A DNA stretch of 64,000 bases from NCBI GenBank assembly GCA_938092205.1, contig CALKMW010000037.1, positions 1,628 to 65,627 on the forward strand, given 5' to 3'. Of the stretch, positions 31,070-40,405 are shown in pieces (within the stretch, counting starts at the first letter, position 1; each line of letters begins with the position of its first letter). The notes beneath the pieces were generated by a model. That model was given only the letters and a program-made list of their open reading frames with translations. It did no database searches and was not told the origin of the DNA. Source of the DNA: an uncultured Pseudomonadales bacterium (GTDB lineage: Bacteria > Pseudomonadota > Gammaproteobacteria > Pseudomonadales > Porticoccaceae). A program made the translations under genes and the position numbers.

Positions 31070-31855
31070 CTAAGCCTTTTGCTTAAAACTAAGTGAAAAA
31101 CAAAATAATAAAGCGGCACTGATAACAATTGATGGTCCCGCAGGGGTATCTATATACCATGAGGCCGCCAATCCTGAAATAACCGATGCCATTGCTACTA
31201 GGCTAGCTGTAACGGCCATTAACTCTGGTGTGGCGCAAACTCTTCGAGCTGCCGCCGCTGGAATTATTAATAGTGCTGTAATTAACAGTACCCCAACAAT
31301 TTTCATTGCAACGGCAATGACCAAGGCGGTAATTAGCATTAAAGCAGTTCTTATGCGCGCCACATTGATCCCTTCCACTGCCGCCAGATCTGGCTCTACA
31401 GTTATGCTGATAAGGGGTTTCCACAATGTGGTTAGTAAAATAATAGCCACAGCCGCCCCTGTATAGATAACCCATAAGTCTGAAGCAGTGACTGATAATA
31501 AGTCGCCAAATAAAAGCGACATCAGGTCGACTCGTATATCGGATAATAATGAAATAACCACTAGACCCGCGGCTAGAGCTGAGTGGGATAGTATTCCCAG
31601 CAATGTATCCAGCGCTAAAACTCCCTGCTGCTCGAGAGCTACCAGCCCTAGTGCCATGATTAGGCAGACCGCAGCTACAGCGATACCAAGGTCTATATTT
31701 AATAAAACGCCAAGAGCAACGCCCAAAAGTGCACTATGAGCAAGTGTGTCACCAAAATAGGCCATGCGACGCCAGACCACAAAGCAGCCCAAAGGCCCTG
31801 CTACTGCTGCTAAGCCGAGCCCGGCAAGAAGCGCATAGATAAGAAAATCAATCAT
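31070..31855 (-). CDS. znuB: zinc ABC transporter permease
   Basis: Motif VWRRMAYFGDTLAHSAL. Confidence 0.95.
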   Translation of the reverse strand: MIDFLIYALLAGLGLAAVAGPLGCFVVWRRMAYFGDTLAHSALLGVALGVLLNIDLGIAVAAVCLIMALGLVALEQQGVLALDTLLGILSHSALAAGLVVISLLSDIRVDLMSLLFGDLLSVTASDLWVIYTGAAVAIILLTTLWKPLISITVEPDLAAVEGINVARIRTALMLITALVIAVAMKIVGVLLITALLIIPAAAARRVCATPELMAVTASLVAMASVISGLAASWYIDTPAGPSIVISAALLFCFSLSFKQKA

Positions 31856-32609
31856 GTTGGCACCCCTCCCCATGGCGATGGGTGCCGTCGCTATCTAGCA
31901 CTTCGCCTTTTAAGCTGTGCTGATGGTTATGCTTATGATTATAAAATGCAGTTTCACCAAATATATCCAGATATGCTGGGTCTTGTGTGACTTGCTCAGG
32001 TTTGCCTTGGCAGCAAATATGATGATTAAGGCAAATAACATGATCAGTGGCCGACATCACTAGGTGTAAATCATGAGAAACCATAACAATACCGCAATTA
32101 AGCGAAGATCTTAGCTTGCCAATCAGGCCATATAGTTCATTTTGGCCGTTAAAATCCACACCCTGGACCGGTTCATCAAGAACCAATAAGTTTGGCTTAC
32201 GCAAAATAGACCGCGCCAGAAGTACTCGCTGCATTTCGCCGCCAGAAAGCTTGTGAAATGGAGTGTTTTTGACCTCGGGGATTCCCGCTAATTCGAGTGC
32301 ATTGTGGCATTCCTCATGAGACGTATTGGCCAGCTGTAAAAACCGACAGGTAGAAATAGGCAGCGTCGGATCAATGTTAACTTTTTGCGGCATATAGCCA
32401 ACAGTTAAATTAGGAGTCTTCTCTATGGTCCCTTTGTCTGGGGTTATAAGTCCAAGAATCAGTCTAATTAGCGAGGACTTCCCGGCACCATTTGGGCCAA
32501 TAAGGGTCGTAATTTCACCTTGATTAATTTCCATCGATATATTTTGCAAAATGGGCTTATCAGCAAAGGTTTTGCTCACCGATTTTAGGCGTACTAGGCT
32601 GTTATTCAT
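31848..32609 (-). CDS. znuC: zinc ABC transporter ATPase
   Basis: Motifs GPNGAGKS, LSGGEMQR, LDEP and CLNHHICC; His-rich tail. Confidence 0.95.
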   Translation of the reverse strand: MNNSLVRLKSVSKTFADKPILQNISMEINQGEITTLIGPNGAGKSSLIRLILGLITPDKGTIEKTPNLTVGYMPQKVNIDPTLPISTCRFLQLANTSHEECHNALELAGIPEVKNTPFHKLSGGEMQRVLLARSILRKPNLLVLDEPVQGVDFNGQNELYGLIGKLRSSLNCGIVMVSHDLHLVMSATDHVICLNHHICCQGKPEQVTQDPAYLDIFGETAFYNHKHNHQHSLKGEVLDSDGTHRHGEGCQHD

Positions 32610-33099
32610 TAGCGCCTCCAGGCTCACAGTTTGGGCACAGGCCAAATAGCTCAATAGTTTGCGAATGCAGCTTAAAGCCAGCCTTTTTGGTAATAGCCTC
32701 TATTAAATTATTGGCCTTATTATCTGCCACCTCAGCTACAGTGTTACATTTTTCACAAATCATAAATATATTACTGTGTTCGCTGCTAGGGAAAGGGCAG
32801 CCAATATAGGCATTTAATGAATGAATGCGATGGACCAAGCCTAAATCTATAAGAAACTCAATAGCTCGATAGATAGTGGGGGGTGCGATAGGTTTTTCCG
32901 ATACTTTGGCAAGTTGCTGTTGAAGCTGATAAGCCCCCATGGGCTTATGGCCTTGCCATAGCAGCTTTAATATGGCTTCTCTGGTGGGCGTTAAGCGCAC
33001 ATTGGCGGCTTCACAAATTTCGTGGGCGCGAGCAATTGCCGCATTAAGGATGCGAACCTGGTCGTGTGGTTGGTATACTAAGCGCGCATTGGTTAACAT
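32602..33099 (-). CDS. zur: zinc uptake regulator (Fur family)
   Basis: Motifs RLTPTR and PPTIYRAIEFL, two CxxC motifs; first gene of the znuCB operon. Confidence 0.92.
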   Translation of the reverse strand: MLTNARLVYQPHDQVRILNAAIARAHEICEAANVRLTPTREAILKLLWQGHKPMGAYQLQQQLAKVSEKPIAPPTIYRAIEFLIDLGLVHRIHSLNAYIGCPFPSSEHSNIFMICEKCNTVAEVADNKANNLIEAITKKAGFKLHSQTIELFGLCPNCEPGGANE

Positions 33100-33120
33100 A
33101 TTATGGCCACAGTTTATTGT

Positions 33121-33143
33121 GATATGTTATAATATTACATCTA
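33121..33143. promoter_or_regulatory. Zur box 1
   Basis: GATATGTTATA-A-TATTACATCTA against consensus GAAATGTTATA-N-TATAACATTTC; contains a TATAAT -10 at 33128-33133. Confidence 0.85.
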
Positions 33144-33206
33144 TATTGGGGCAGTATACAGTAAAAATTTGAAGTATTTCACTAAAAGGCGGTCTGAAAC
33201 TCCATA

Positions 33207-34133
33207 ATGAAACATTATAACATAACATTTAAGTCTCTTTGGCCAATAGTTCTATGTGCGCTATTTTGCTTTCCTGCCTATGCTAACAGTGCCGTTGGGG
33301 ACAAACCTTTGGTGGTGACCAGTATTAAGCCGCTCGCCATTATTGCTAAATCGGCGCTGCAAGATAGAGCGCGAGTGGAATATATAATGCCCTCAGGGCT
33401 GTCCCCGCATGATGTGGTTCTTAAGGTGTCAGATATGCGCGTGCTGGCCAAGGCCGATTTAGTTCTGTGGATTGGCTCAGACTTTGAAATTCGAGCAGCC
33501 AAGCAATTCGCTTCTTTGCCGGCATCAAAATTAATGACGGCTATAGATGTTATTTTCCCAGAGCATAGATCAGTTGATGCTGAAGATATGAGTATGCATA
33601 CGGAACATACAGAACACACAGAACACACAGAACACACAGAACATGACGAGCATAACCATGATATTGATCCACATATCTGGTTATCGCCAACAATAGCCAG
33701 TCAATTGGCCAAAACCTTATCACTTCGCCTCGATATGCCTGTTAAGGATATATTTAGCGAGCGGGTAAAAAAAGAAACGGTTAGTCTTTTGGCGCCAGTA
33801 ACAGAGCGAAACTACATGGTGCACCACCAGGGGCATGGATATTTTGTGGATGAGTTTAATCTACAGGCTGGCTTATCCATACGTGATATGTTGGGTAAGC
33901 AGAAGGGGGCCAAAACACAATTTAATTTACGCCTAGAAGGGGAAAAGCTAGGTGTAAGCTGTGTATTTGTCGAGCCTCAGCACGGTTATAAGGATGCCGC
34001 GGCTATAGCTAAGGATCTATCAGTCCCAACCACAAAAATAGATATACTAGCGGTTGACTATGGCGATCAATTGCCGAGTTATGAGTCCTATATTTACGGT
34101 CTGGCTACGCAATTTTCCGCCTGTTTTAAATAA
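33207..34133 (+). CDS. znuA: zinc ABC transporter solute-binding protein
   Basis: Signal peptide, VVTSIKPL, SPHD, a His-rich loop and DPHIWLSP. Confidence 0.92.
   Translation: MKHYNITFKSLWPIVLCALFCFPAYANSAVGDKPLVVTSIKPLAIIAKSALQDRARVEYIMPSGLSPHDVVLKVSDMRVLAKADLVLWIGSDFEIRAAKQFASLPASKLMTAIDVIFPEHRSVDAEDMSMHTEHTEHTEHTEHTEHDEHNHDIDPHIWLSPTIASQLAKTLSLRLDMPVKDIFSERVKKETVSLLAPVTERNYMVHHQGHGYFVDEFNLQAGLSIRDMLGKQKGAKTQFNLRLEGEKLGVSCVFVEPQHGYKDAAAIAKDLSVPTTKIDILAVDYGDQLPSYESYIYGLATQFSACFK
33209..33231. promoter_or_regulatory. Zur box 2, overlapping the first znuA codons
   Basis: GAAACATTATA-A-CATAACATTTA, 18/22 match to the Zur consensus. Confidence 0.55.
33597..33650 (+). repeat. 9-bp in-frame tandem repeat encoding (HTE)5-HDE in ZnuA
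   Basis: catacggaa catacagaa cacacagaa cacacagaa cacacagaa catgacgag. Confidence 0.9.
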
Positions 34134-34178
34134 ATAATGTATCCTGATGAGATTGATACAATTAAAAATAAGATAACT

Positions 34179-36938
34179 ATGACTGACAAAGCACCGCTAA
34201 TACTTGTTGACGGCTCTTCCTATCTTTACAGGGCCTTTCATGCGCTACCGCCACTGACAAATAGCAAAGGGCTGCCAACTGGCGCAGTTAAGGGCGTTGT
34301 CAATATGATGCGACGCCTGCAAAAGGATTATCCAAATAGCACTACTGCGGTGATTTTTGATGCCAAGGGTAAAACCTTTCGCGATGAAATATACAGTGAA
34401 TATAAGGCTAATCGCCCGCCGATGCCCGATGAGCTTCGCTCTCAAATTGAGCCAATTCATAATATTATTCGCGCTATGGGCATGCCTTTGATCAGTGTTG
34501 AGGGGGTTGAGGCAGATGATGTAATCGGTACCTACGCAGTTCAGGCTACAGAAAAACAACAGCCAGTAATTATCTCAACCGGCGACAAAGATATCGCGCA
34601 GCTGGTTAATCAGCATATTAGTTTGGTAAACACTATGACCGATACCTTTCTGGACAGGGAAGGGGTGATAGACAAGTTTGGTATACCGCCTGAATTAATT
34701 ATTGATTACTTAGCTCTCTTAGGGGACAAATCGGACAATATCCCCGGCGTTCCCGGCGTTGGTGAAAAAACAGCATTGGGATTGCTTCAGGGTTTGGGTG
34801 GGCTGGAGTCTATTTATGAGCGTCTTGATGAGGTCGCCGGGCTTAGTTTTCGCGGGGCAAAAACCCTAGCGTCTAAGCTCGAAGAGCACAAAGATTTGGC
34901 CTTCCTTTCCTATACCTTGGCGACCATTAAGACCGATGTAGTGGTTGATTTAAGTGTTGATCAGTTGGCTAATCAGGCGCCTGATAAAGCGGAATTATTA
35001 AAGCAATTTCAAGACATGGAGTTTAAAACTTGGATTAATGAGCTCAGTGATTCGACGATAAATACTAGTTCAACAAATGATACACAAAAAGCGCAGGCAG
35101 AAACTAAGATTGAGGTTGCAGTGCCCGCTTCAGTTGAGTATGAAACCATCCTAGATACGCAGCATTTTGAGCTATGGCTAAAAAAGCTTCAGTCGAGTGC
35201 ACTTTTTGCAGTAGATACAGAAACCACCAGTCTTGATTATATGGTTGCCGATTTGGTCGGTATTAGCGTTGCCATCGAGCCCGGCAGTGCCGCCTATATA
35301 CCCTTTGGGCATGATTATTTAGGCGCACCACAGCAGTTATCAAGGGATACTGTTCTCGCTGCGCTTAAGCCGATCCTTGAAAGCGCACAGATTAAAAAAG
35401 TAGGTCAGAATTTAAAATACGATATGAGCGTATTAGCTGAGCATGGCATTCAACTACAGGGTGTTGCCTTTGATGCCATGCTGGAATCCTATGTTTTAAA
35501 TAGTGTTGCCACGCGGCACGATATGGATAGTTTAGCCCAGTACTATTTGGACAAACAAACCATAAGTTTTACAGATATTGCTGGCAAAGGTGCTTCTCAG
35601 CTGACGTTTAATCAAATTGCATTGGAAGAGGCAGGCCCCTATGCGGCAGAAGATGCAGATATTACTCTGCGGTTGCATCAGGCTTTATGGCCTCAGATTG
35701 AAGAGCAATTGCCACTCAAAACCCTTTTTAAAGAGATCGAGTTACCGCTGGTCAAAGTTTTATCGCGTATAGAGCGCAACGGTGCGCTTGTGGACGATAC
35801 CTTGTTGTTTCAGCAGAGCCAAGAGCTGGCAGAACGCCTAGCGGAGCTAGAAACTCAGGCGTGGGATTTGGCAGGCCAGCAGTTTAATTTGGCCTCACCA
35901 AAACAGCTGGCTGAAATCCTATTCGAAAAATTAGAAATACCGGTATTAAAGAAAACTGCAAAAGGCGCGCCTTCAACTAAGGAAGAAGTGCTACAAGAAT
36001 TAGCTTTGGACTATCCACTGCCCAAAGTGCTTCTAGAGCATCGTAGTCTAGCCAAGCTGAAATCCACCTATACTGACAAATTACCCATGATGATTAACCC
36101 TACCACTAAGAGAATTCATACCTCTTATCATCAGGCGGGAACAGCTACCGGTAGGCTTTCATCCTCAGATCCCAATTTGCAAAACATCCCTATTCGAACG
36201 GCTGAGGGGCGCCGAGTTAGGCAGGCATTTATTGCATCCCCCGGTCATCGTTTGATTGCCGCAGACTACTCTCAAATTGAGCTACGTATTATGGCGCATT
36301 TGTCGGGAGACGAAAATCTGCTTAAAGCATTTGATCAGGGGCAGGATGTTCATAGCGCAACAGCGGCTGAGGTGTTTGGGGTTGATTTGGCGCAGGTCAC
36401 AATTGAGCAGAGGCGCAGCGCTAAAGCGATTAATTTTGGTCTAATTTATGGTATGTCCGCCTTTGGCCTAGCCAAGCAATTAAATATTGGCCGCAAGCAG
36501 GCGGCGGAATATATTGATCTGTACTTTGAGCGCTATCCGGGTGTTCAGCAGTATATGGATCAGGTGCGCCACAGCGCTGCTGAAAAGGGTTATGTCGAAA
36601 CGCACTTTGGCAGAAGGCTTTATTTGCCAGAGATTAACAGCAGAAATGGCATGCGCCGTCAGGCTGCAGAGCGCACTGCGATTAATGCACCTATGCAGGG
36701 GACTGCGGCGGATATCATTAAGCTTGCCATGATCAATGTTGATCAATGGTTGCAAGCTAATCAGCTCAAAAGCCGAATGATTATGCAAGTCCATGATGAG
36801 CTGGTACTTGAAGTTCCAGAGCATGAGTTTGAGCAAGTGGTTGTTGGTGTGACAGAGTGCATGGAGTCAGCCGCAAGCTTGCAGGTTAAATTAGTGGTTG
36901 ATGTAGGGGATGGAAATAATTGGGATGAGGCGCATTAA
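34179..36938 (+). CDS. polA: DNA polymerase I
   Basis: 5'-3' exonuclease ([14 protein letters not shown]), 3'-5' exonuclease (DTETT) and polymerase ([25 protein letters not shown]) domains. Confidence 0.98.
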   Translation: MTDKAPLILVDGSSYLYRAFHALPPLTNSKGLPTGAVKGVVNMMRRLQKDYPNSTTAVIFDAKGKTFRDEIYSEYKANRPPMPDELRSQIEPIHNIIRAMGMPLISVEGVEADDVIGTYAVQATEKQQPVIISTGDKDIAQLVNQHISLVNTMTDTFLDREGVIDKFGIPPELIIDYLALLGDKSDNIPGVPGVGEKTALGLLQGLGGLESIYERLDEVAGLSFRGAKTLASKLEEHKDLAFLSYTLATIKTDVVVDLSVDQLANQAPDKAELLKQFQDMEFKTWINELSDSTINTSSTNDTQKAQAETKIEVAVPASVEYETILDTQHFELWLKKLQSSALFAVDTETTSLDYMVADLVGISVAIEPGSAAYIPFGHDYLGAPQQLSRDTVLAALKPILESAQIKKVGQNLKYDMSVLAEHGIQLQGVAFDAMLESYVLNSVATRHDMDSLAQYYLDKQTISFTDIAGKGASQLTFNQIALEEAGPYAAEDADITLRLHQALWPQIEEQLPLKTLFKEIELPLVKVLSRIERNGALVDDTLLFQQSQELAERLAELETQAWDLAGQQFNLASPKQLAEILFEKLEIPVLKKTAKGAPSTKEEVLQELALDYPLPKVLLEHRSLAKLKSTYTDKLPMMINPTTKRIHTSYHQAGTATGRLSSSDPNLQNIPIRTAEGRRVRQAFIASPGHRLIAADYSQIELRIMAHLSGDENLLKAFDQGQDVHSATAAEVFGVDLAQVTIEQRRSAKAINFGLIYGMSAFGLAKQLNIGRKQAAEYIDLYFERYPGVQQYMDQVRHSAAEKGYVETHFGRRLYLPEINSRNGMRRQAAERTAINAPMQGTAADIIKLAMINVDQWLQANQLKSRMIMQVHDELVLEVPEHEFEQVVVGVTECMESAASLQVKLVVDVGDGNNWDEAH

Positions 36939-36957
36939 ATTTTTTTTAAATAAAATT

Positions 36958-36983
36958 GAACTTACTGAAAAGTTGCTGTCTAT
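36958..36983 (+). promoter_or_regulatory. putative sigmaE/AlgU-type promoter
   Basis: GAACTT-N15-TCTAT; the spacer is one base shorter than the canonical 16-17. Confidence 0.5.
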
Positions 36984-36989
36984 ATCTAT

Positions 36990-37091
36990 GTAAGTTGCAA
37001 AAAATGAATTCTCTTCCCCTAGTGAGAATGGCACGTAATCTCTCCGAGTAGCAACAGACCCTGAATCAATTTGATCAGGGTCTTTTTTTTT
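36990..37091 (+). ncRNA. candidate small RNA at the polA-engB (ErsA/Spot 42) locus
   Basis: No ORF. ECF-type promoter upstream, GTTGC/GCAAC outer stem, ATTCTC/GAGAAT hairpin with a UUCCCCU loop, and a terminator with T9. The 5' end is approximate. Confidence 0.55.
37056..37091 (+). terminator. intrinsic terminator
   Basis: AGACCCTGA-atcaatttga-TCAGGGTCT followed by a long T tract. Confidence 0.9.
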
Positions 37092-37096
37092 GCGTG

Positions 37097-37696
37097 CTAA
37101 TCTTCTAGCCAGCTAATCAGTTTTTGCTCTAATTCGGGTAATCCAGTTTTTTTCAAAGAAGAAAAAATTTGTGCACTTAATAGAGTAAACCCTGGGTCCA
37201 TATCACGAAGTAATTTTTCTACGCCTAATAGGGAGCTCATAGCTGGGCCGCGCTTAAGCTTATCTGCTTTGGTCAGCAATATATGCACTGGCAGGCCTGC
37301 TTGTGCAGCCCAATTTAACATTTGTCGATCGTAGTCTTGCAGAGGGTGTCTAATATCCATCAAAAGTACTAAGCCAGAAAGACTGGTGCGATTTTGCAGG
37401 TACTCAGCTAGGTTTCTATCCCATTTTGCCTTGATAGCCTTTGGCACCTTGGCATAACCATAGCCAGGAAGGTCAACCAGTCGTTTTCCGGTCTCAATTT
37501 CAAAGTGATTGATTAGCTGGGTTCGCCCAGGGGTCTTGCTTGTGCGGGCTAACCCTTTGTTGCGGGTCAGGGTGTTTATAGCACTTGATTTGCCCGCATT
37601 AGAGCGCCCTGCAAAGGCAACCTCACAGCCAATGTCGTCCGGACATTGTTGCAGAGTTTGGGCGCTAATTAAAAATTGTACTGTATTAAAGTTCAC
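37097..37696 (-). CDS. engB: ribosome biogenesis GTPase YihA/YsxC
   Basis: Motifs [22 protein letters not shown] and TKADK. Confidence 0.96.
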   Translation of the reverse strand: MNFNTVQFLISAQTLQQCPDDIGCEVAFAGRSNAGKSSAINTLTRNKGLARTSKTPGRTQLINHFEIETGKRLVDLPGYGYAKVPKAIKAKWDRNLAEYLQNRTSLSGLVLLMDIRHPLQDYDRQMLNWAAQAGLPVHILLTKADKLKRGPAMSSLLGVEKLLRDMDPGFTLLSAQIFSSLKKTGLPELEQKLISWLED

Positions 37697-37731
37697 TTTT
37701 ATTTAATCCGTAAAAAGACATTGTAATTTGC

Positions 37732-37768
37732 TTAAGAAAACTTACTTATTAGTATATAATGCGCGCGC
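37732..37768 (+). promoter_or_regulatory. sigma70 promoter of cytochrome c4-dsbA
   Basis: TTAAGA-N17-TATAAT followed by the discriminator GCGCGCGC. Confidence 0.6.
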
Positions 37769-37863
37769 TGAGCTCATTGAGCTAACTACCTTTTAAAGTT
37801 TCGCGCGTATTTACCAATAAATATGTTCGACCATTCTAACGTATAGTGAGATTTGGAATAACC

Positions 37864-38502
37864 ATGAAAAGAATCTTTTTTGTTTGCGGCCTTACAGCTT
37901 TGTTTTTAACCACGCCTGTCTGGGCTGGCGGAGATGCCGCAGCGGGCAAGCTACTGACCACTAGCTGTGCCGGTTGTCACGCTCAAGATGGCAATAGCGC
38001 TATCCCCTCTTTTCCTAAATTGGCAGGACTAGGAGAGAAATATTTAACCGCACAATTGCGCCATATTAAAGCGGGCGAACGCGTTATTGTTGAAATGACG
38101 GGCTTGCTAGATTACATGTCTGACCAAGATCTTCAGGATATGGCGGCCTATTACAACAGCAAAAAAATCCAAATTTCAGGGGCAAAAGAAATTACCCTTA
38201 TTGGTATTAAAGACTCCAAGAAAGCTCTCGAACTTGGTGAAAATCTTTACCGCGCGGGTAATCTAAAAACTGGCGTTGCTGCCTGTATCGCCTGCCACTC
38301 GCCCTCAGGCAAAGGCAATGGGCCTGCCGGTTATCCTGCACTAGGCGGGCAGTATGCTGAATACACTGAAAAGCAATTATTGGCTTATCGTAATGGCGAG
38401 CGCAATTCTGGCGCTAACGCAAAAATCATGCAGGGCGTTGCCAAAGCGCTAAGTGATAAAGAAATTAAGGCTCTAGCCAATTATATTTCTGGATTGAACT
38501 AG
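37864..38502 (+). CDS. diheme cytochrome c4
   Basis: Signal peptide, CAGCH and CIACH; engB-c4-dsbA synteny. Confidence 0.93.
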   Translation: MKRIFFVCGLTALFLTTPVWAGGDAAAGKLLTTSCAGCHAQDGNSAIPSFPKLAGLGEKYLTAQLRHIKAGERVIVEMTGLLDYMSDQDLQDMAAYYNSKKIQISGAKEITLIGIKDSKKALELGENLYRAGNLKTGVAACIACHSPSGKGNGPAGYPALGGQYAEYTEKQLLAYRNGERNSGANAKIMQGVAKALSDKEIKALANYISGLN

Positions 38503-38537
38503 TCTAAACATAGTTTAATTTAACAAGGAGACTAACA

Positions 38538-39176
38538 ATGTTGTTGATCAAGCGTATTATTTTTATTTTAGCCCTGTTGCCACTGGCAATGTGTCAGGCC
38601 GCAGACGAAAAATACAAAGCGGGTGAGCATTACGATATCTTAAAGCAGCAGGTTAGAACCGCTAACTCTGACAAAATTGAAGTTAACGAGGTTTTCTCCT
38701 ACACCTGCGGACATTGTTATAACTTTCAATCGAAGCTTCACCCGTGGGTTGATAAACTACCCGCTGATGTTGATTTTCAAAGTACACCGGTAATTTGGCA
38801 GCCAAAATTAGAGCCCTTTGCTCGCGCATACTACACGGCCAAAATTTTAAACCTGCTGGATCAGGTTCACACGCCAATTTTTGAATCTATCCATTTGCAA
38901 AAAAAGTCGATTAAGTCTGAAGCTGATTTCGCTGAAATTTTTGCCGCTAAGGGCATTGATGCCAAAAAATTCAGCAGTGTGTTTAATTCCTTTGGCACTA
39001 CAAGCATGATTACTCAAGCGAAATCTAGAGTTCGCGCCTATAAAGTTCGCGGAACACCAGAAGTGATTATTAATGGTAAATACCGCGTAAGTACAACCAA
39101 GGCGGGCGGCTTTGCTGGAATGCTAAATGTGGCAGAATTCTTAATTGATAAAGAGCGCGCACTAATCACAAAGTGA
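38538..39176 (+). CDS. dsbA: thiol:disulfide interchange protein DsbA
   Basis: Signal peptide, EVFSYTCGHCY and VRGTP (cis-Pro loop). Confidence 0.9.
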   Translation: MLLIKRIIFILALLPLAMCQAADEKYKAGEHYDILKQQVRTANSDKIEVNEVFSYTCGHCYNFQSKLHPWVDKLPADVDFQSTPVIWQPKLEPFARAYYTAKILNLLDQVHTPIFESIHLQKKSIKSEADFAEIFAAKGIDAKKFSSVFNSFGTTSMITQAKSRVRAYKVRGTPEVIINGKYRVSTTKAGGFAGMLNVAEFLIDKERALITK

Positions 39177-39261
39177 GTAGAACCCATAACCGGGGATTGC
39201 TTAACCAATATATTATTGAAGATAAATATATAGCCTCAAAGGTATTAACAAAATTTAAACT

Positions 39262-40377
39262 ATGAAACCAACAACAAAACCGAATAATCCAAATTTCTCT
39301 TCAGGCCCCTGCTCCAAAAGGCCTGGTTACAGTGTCGAAAATTTACAGCTGGATACGCTAGGGCGATCGCATCGCTCATCCATTGGCAAGCAAGCTCTAG
39401 GCAAAGCCTGTGAGCAGACTGCTAAAGTTCTTGGATTGCCTGAAGGGTACAGGGTAGGTGTTGTTCCGGCATCTGATACAGGTGCGGTAGAGATGATCAT
39501 GTGGTCAGTGCTTGGGGCCCGTCCAGTAGATATTTTTGCCTGGGAATCGTTTGGACGTGGTTGGTTGACCGATGCGGTCAAACAACTAAAGCTAGATGAT
39601 TTGAACAGTTATACTGCTGACTATGGTTTGCTGCCAGATTTAACCCAGGCTAACCCAGATCATGATTGTGTTTTTACTTGGAATGGCACTACCTCTGGGG
39701 TAAAAGTTCCCAATGCAGACTGGATCAGCGACGATAGAACGGGATTGACTATCTGTGATGCTACCTCTGCAGTTTTTGCTATGGATATGCCATGGGAAAA
39801 GCTGGACGTTGTTACCTATAGTTGGCAAAAAGTGCTAGGTGGTGAAGGCGCTCACGGTATGTTGATACTCAGCCCTAGAGCAGTTGAAAGACTTGAAAGC
39901 TACAACCCGCCATGGCCATTACCAAAAATTTTCCGTCTTACCAAAGCGGGTAAACTAATTGAGGGTATCTTCCGCGGTGCTACCATTAATACCCCGTCTA
40001 TGCTCTGTGTTGCGGATTATCTAGACGCTCTAGATTGGGTTGAATCCATTGGTGGATTGTCTGCGGCCATTGCTAAATCCGAATCAAATCTAGCCACTAT
40101 TAAAGGCTTTGTTGATTCACATTCTTGGATCGATTTTCTTGCTCAAGAGCCACAGCAGGTTTCAAACACCAGCGTATGTTTGAGCTTAGACTTAGAAGCT
40201 GATCAAGTTAAGCAAATGGTTTCACTGCTTGCACAGGAATCGGTTGCCTTTGATATAGGTGCCTATCGTGATGCGCCTGCAGGATTGCGAATCTGGTGTG
40301 GCGCTACCGTTGAGCAATCCGACTTAGAAGCTTTGCTACCATGGCTTGAATGGGCCTATAACCAAGTAGCCCAATAA
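39262..40377 (+). CDS. serC: phosphoserine aminotransferase, Methanosarcina/alphaproteobacterial type
   Basis: Motifs [41 protein letters not shown] (PLP lysine) and [13 protein letters not shown]. Confidence 0.92.
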   Translation: MKPTTKPNNPNFSSGPCSKRPGYSVENLQLDTLGRSHRSSIGKQALGKACEQTAKVLGLPEGYRVGVVPASDTGAVEMIMWSVLGARPVDIFAWESFGRGWLTDAVKQLKLDDLNSYTADYGLLPDLTQANPDHDCVFTWNGTTSGVKVPNADWISDDRTGLTICDATSAVFAMDMPWEKLDVVTYSWQKVLGGEGAHGMLILSPRAVERLESYNPPWPLPKIFRLTKAGKLIEGIFRGATINTPSMLCVADYLDALDWVESIGGLSAAIAKSESNLATIKGFVDSHSWIDFLAQEPQQVSNTSVCLSLDLEADQVKQMVSLLAQESVAFDIGAYRDAPAGLRIWCGATVEQSDLEALLPWLEWAYNQVAQ

Positions 40378-40405
40378 TTGAAAAGAACTTATTAGAGAAT
40401 TAACT

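Noticed and set aside
33278-33637. Cys-rich antisense ORF (CSVCSVCSV) or a CRISPR-like repeat
   Set aside because: It is the reverse complement of the ZnuA HTE repeat; there are no spacers or cas genes.
36990-37091. Calling the sRNA candidate Spot 42 (spf)
   Set aside because: The conserved Spot 42 5' sequence (GTAGGGTACAGAGG) is absent; only the position matches.
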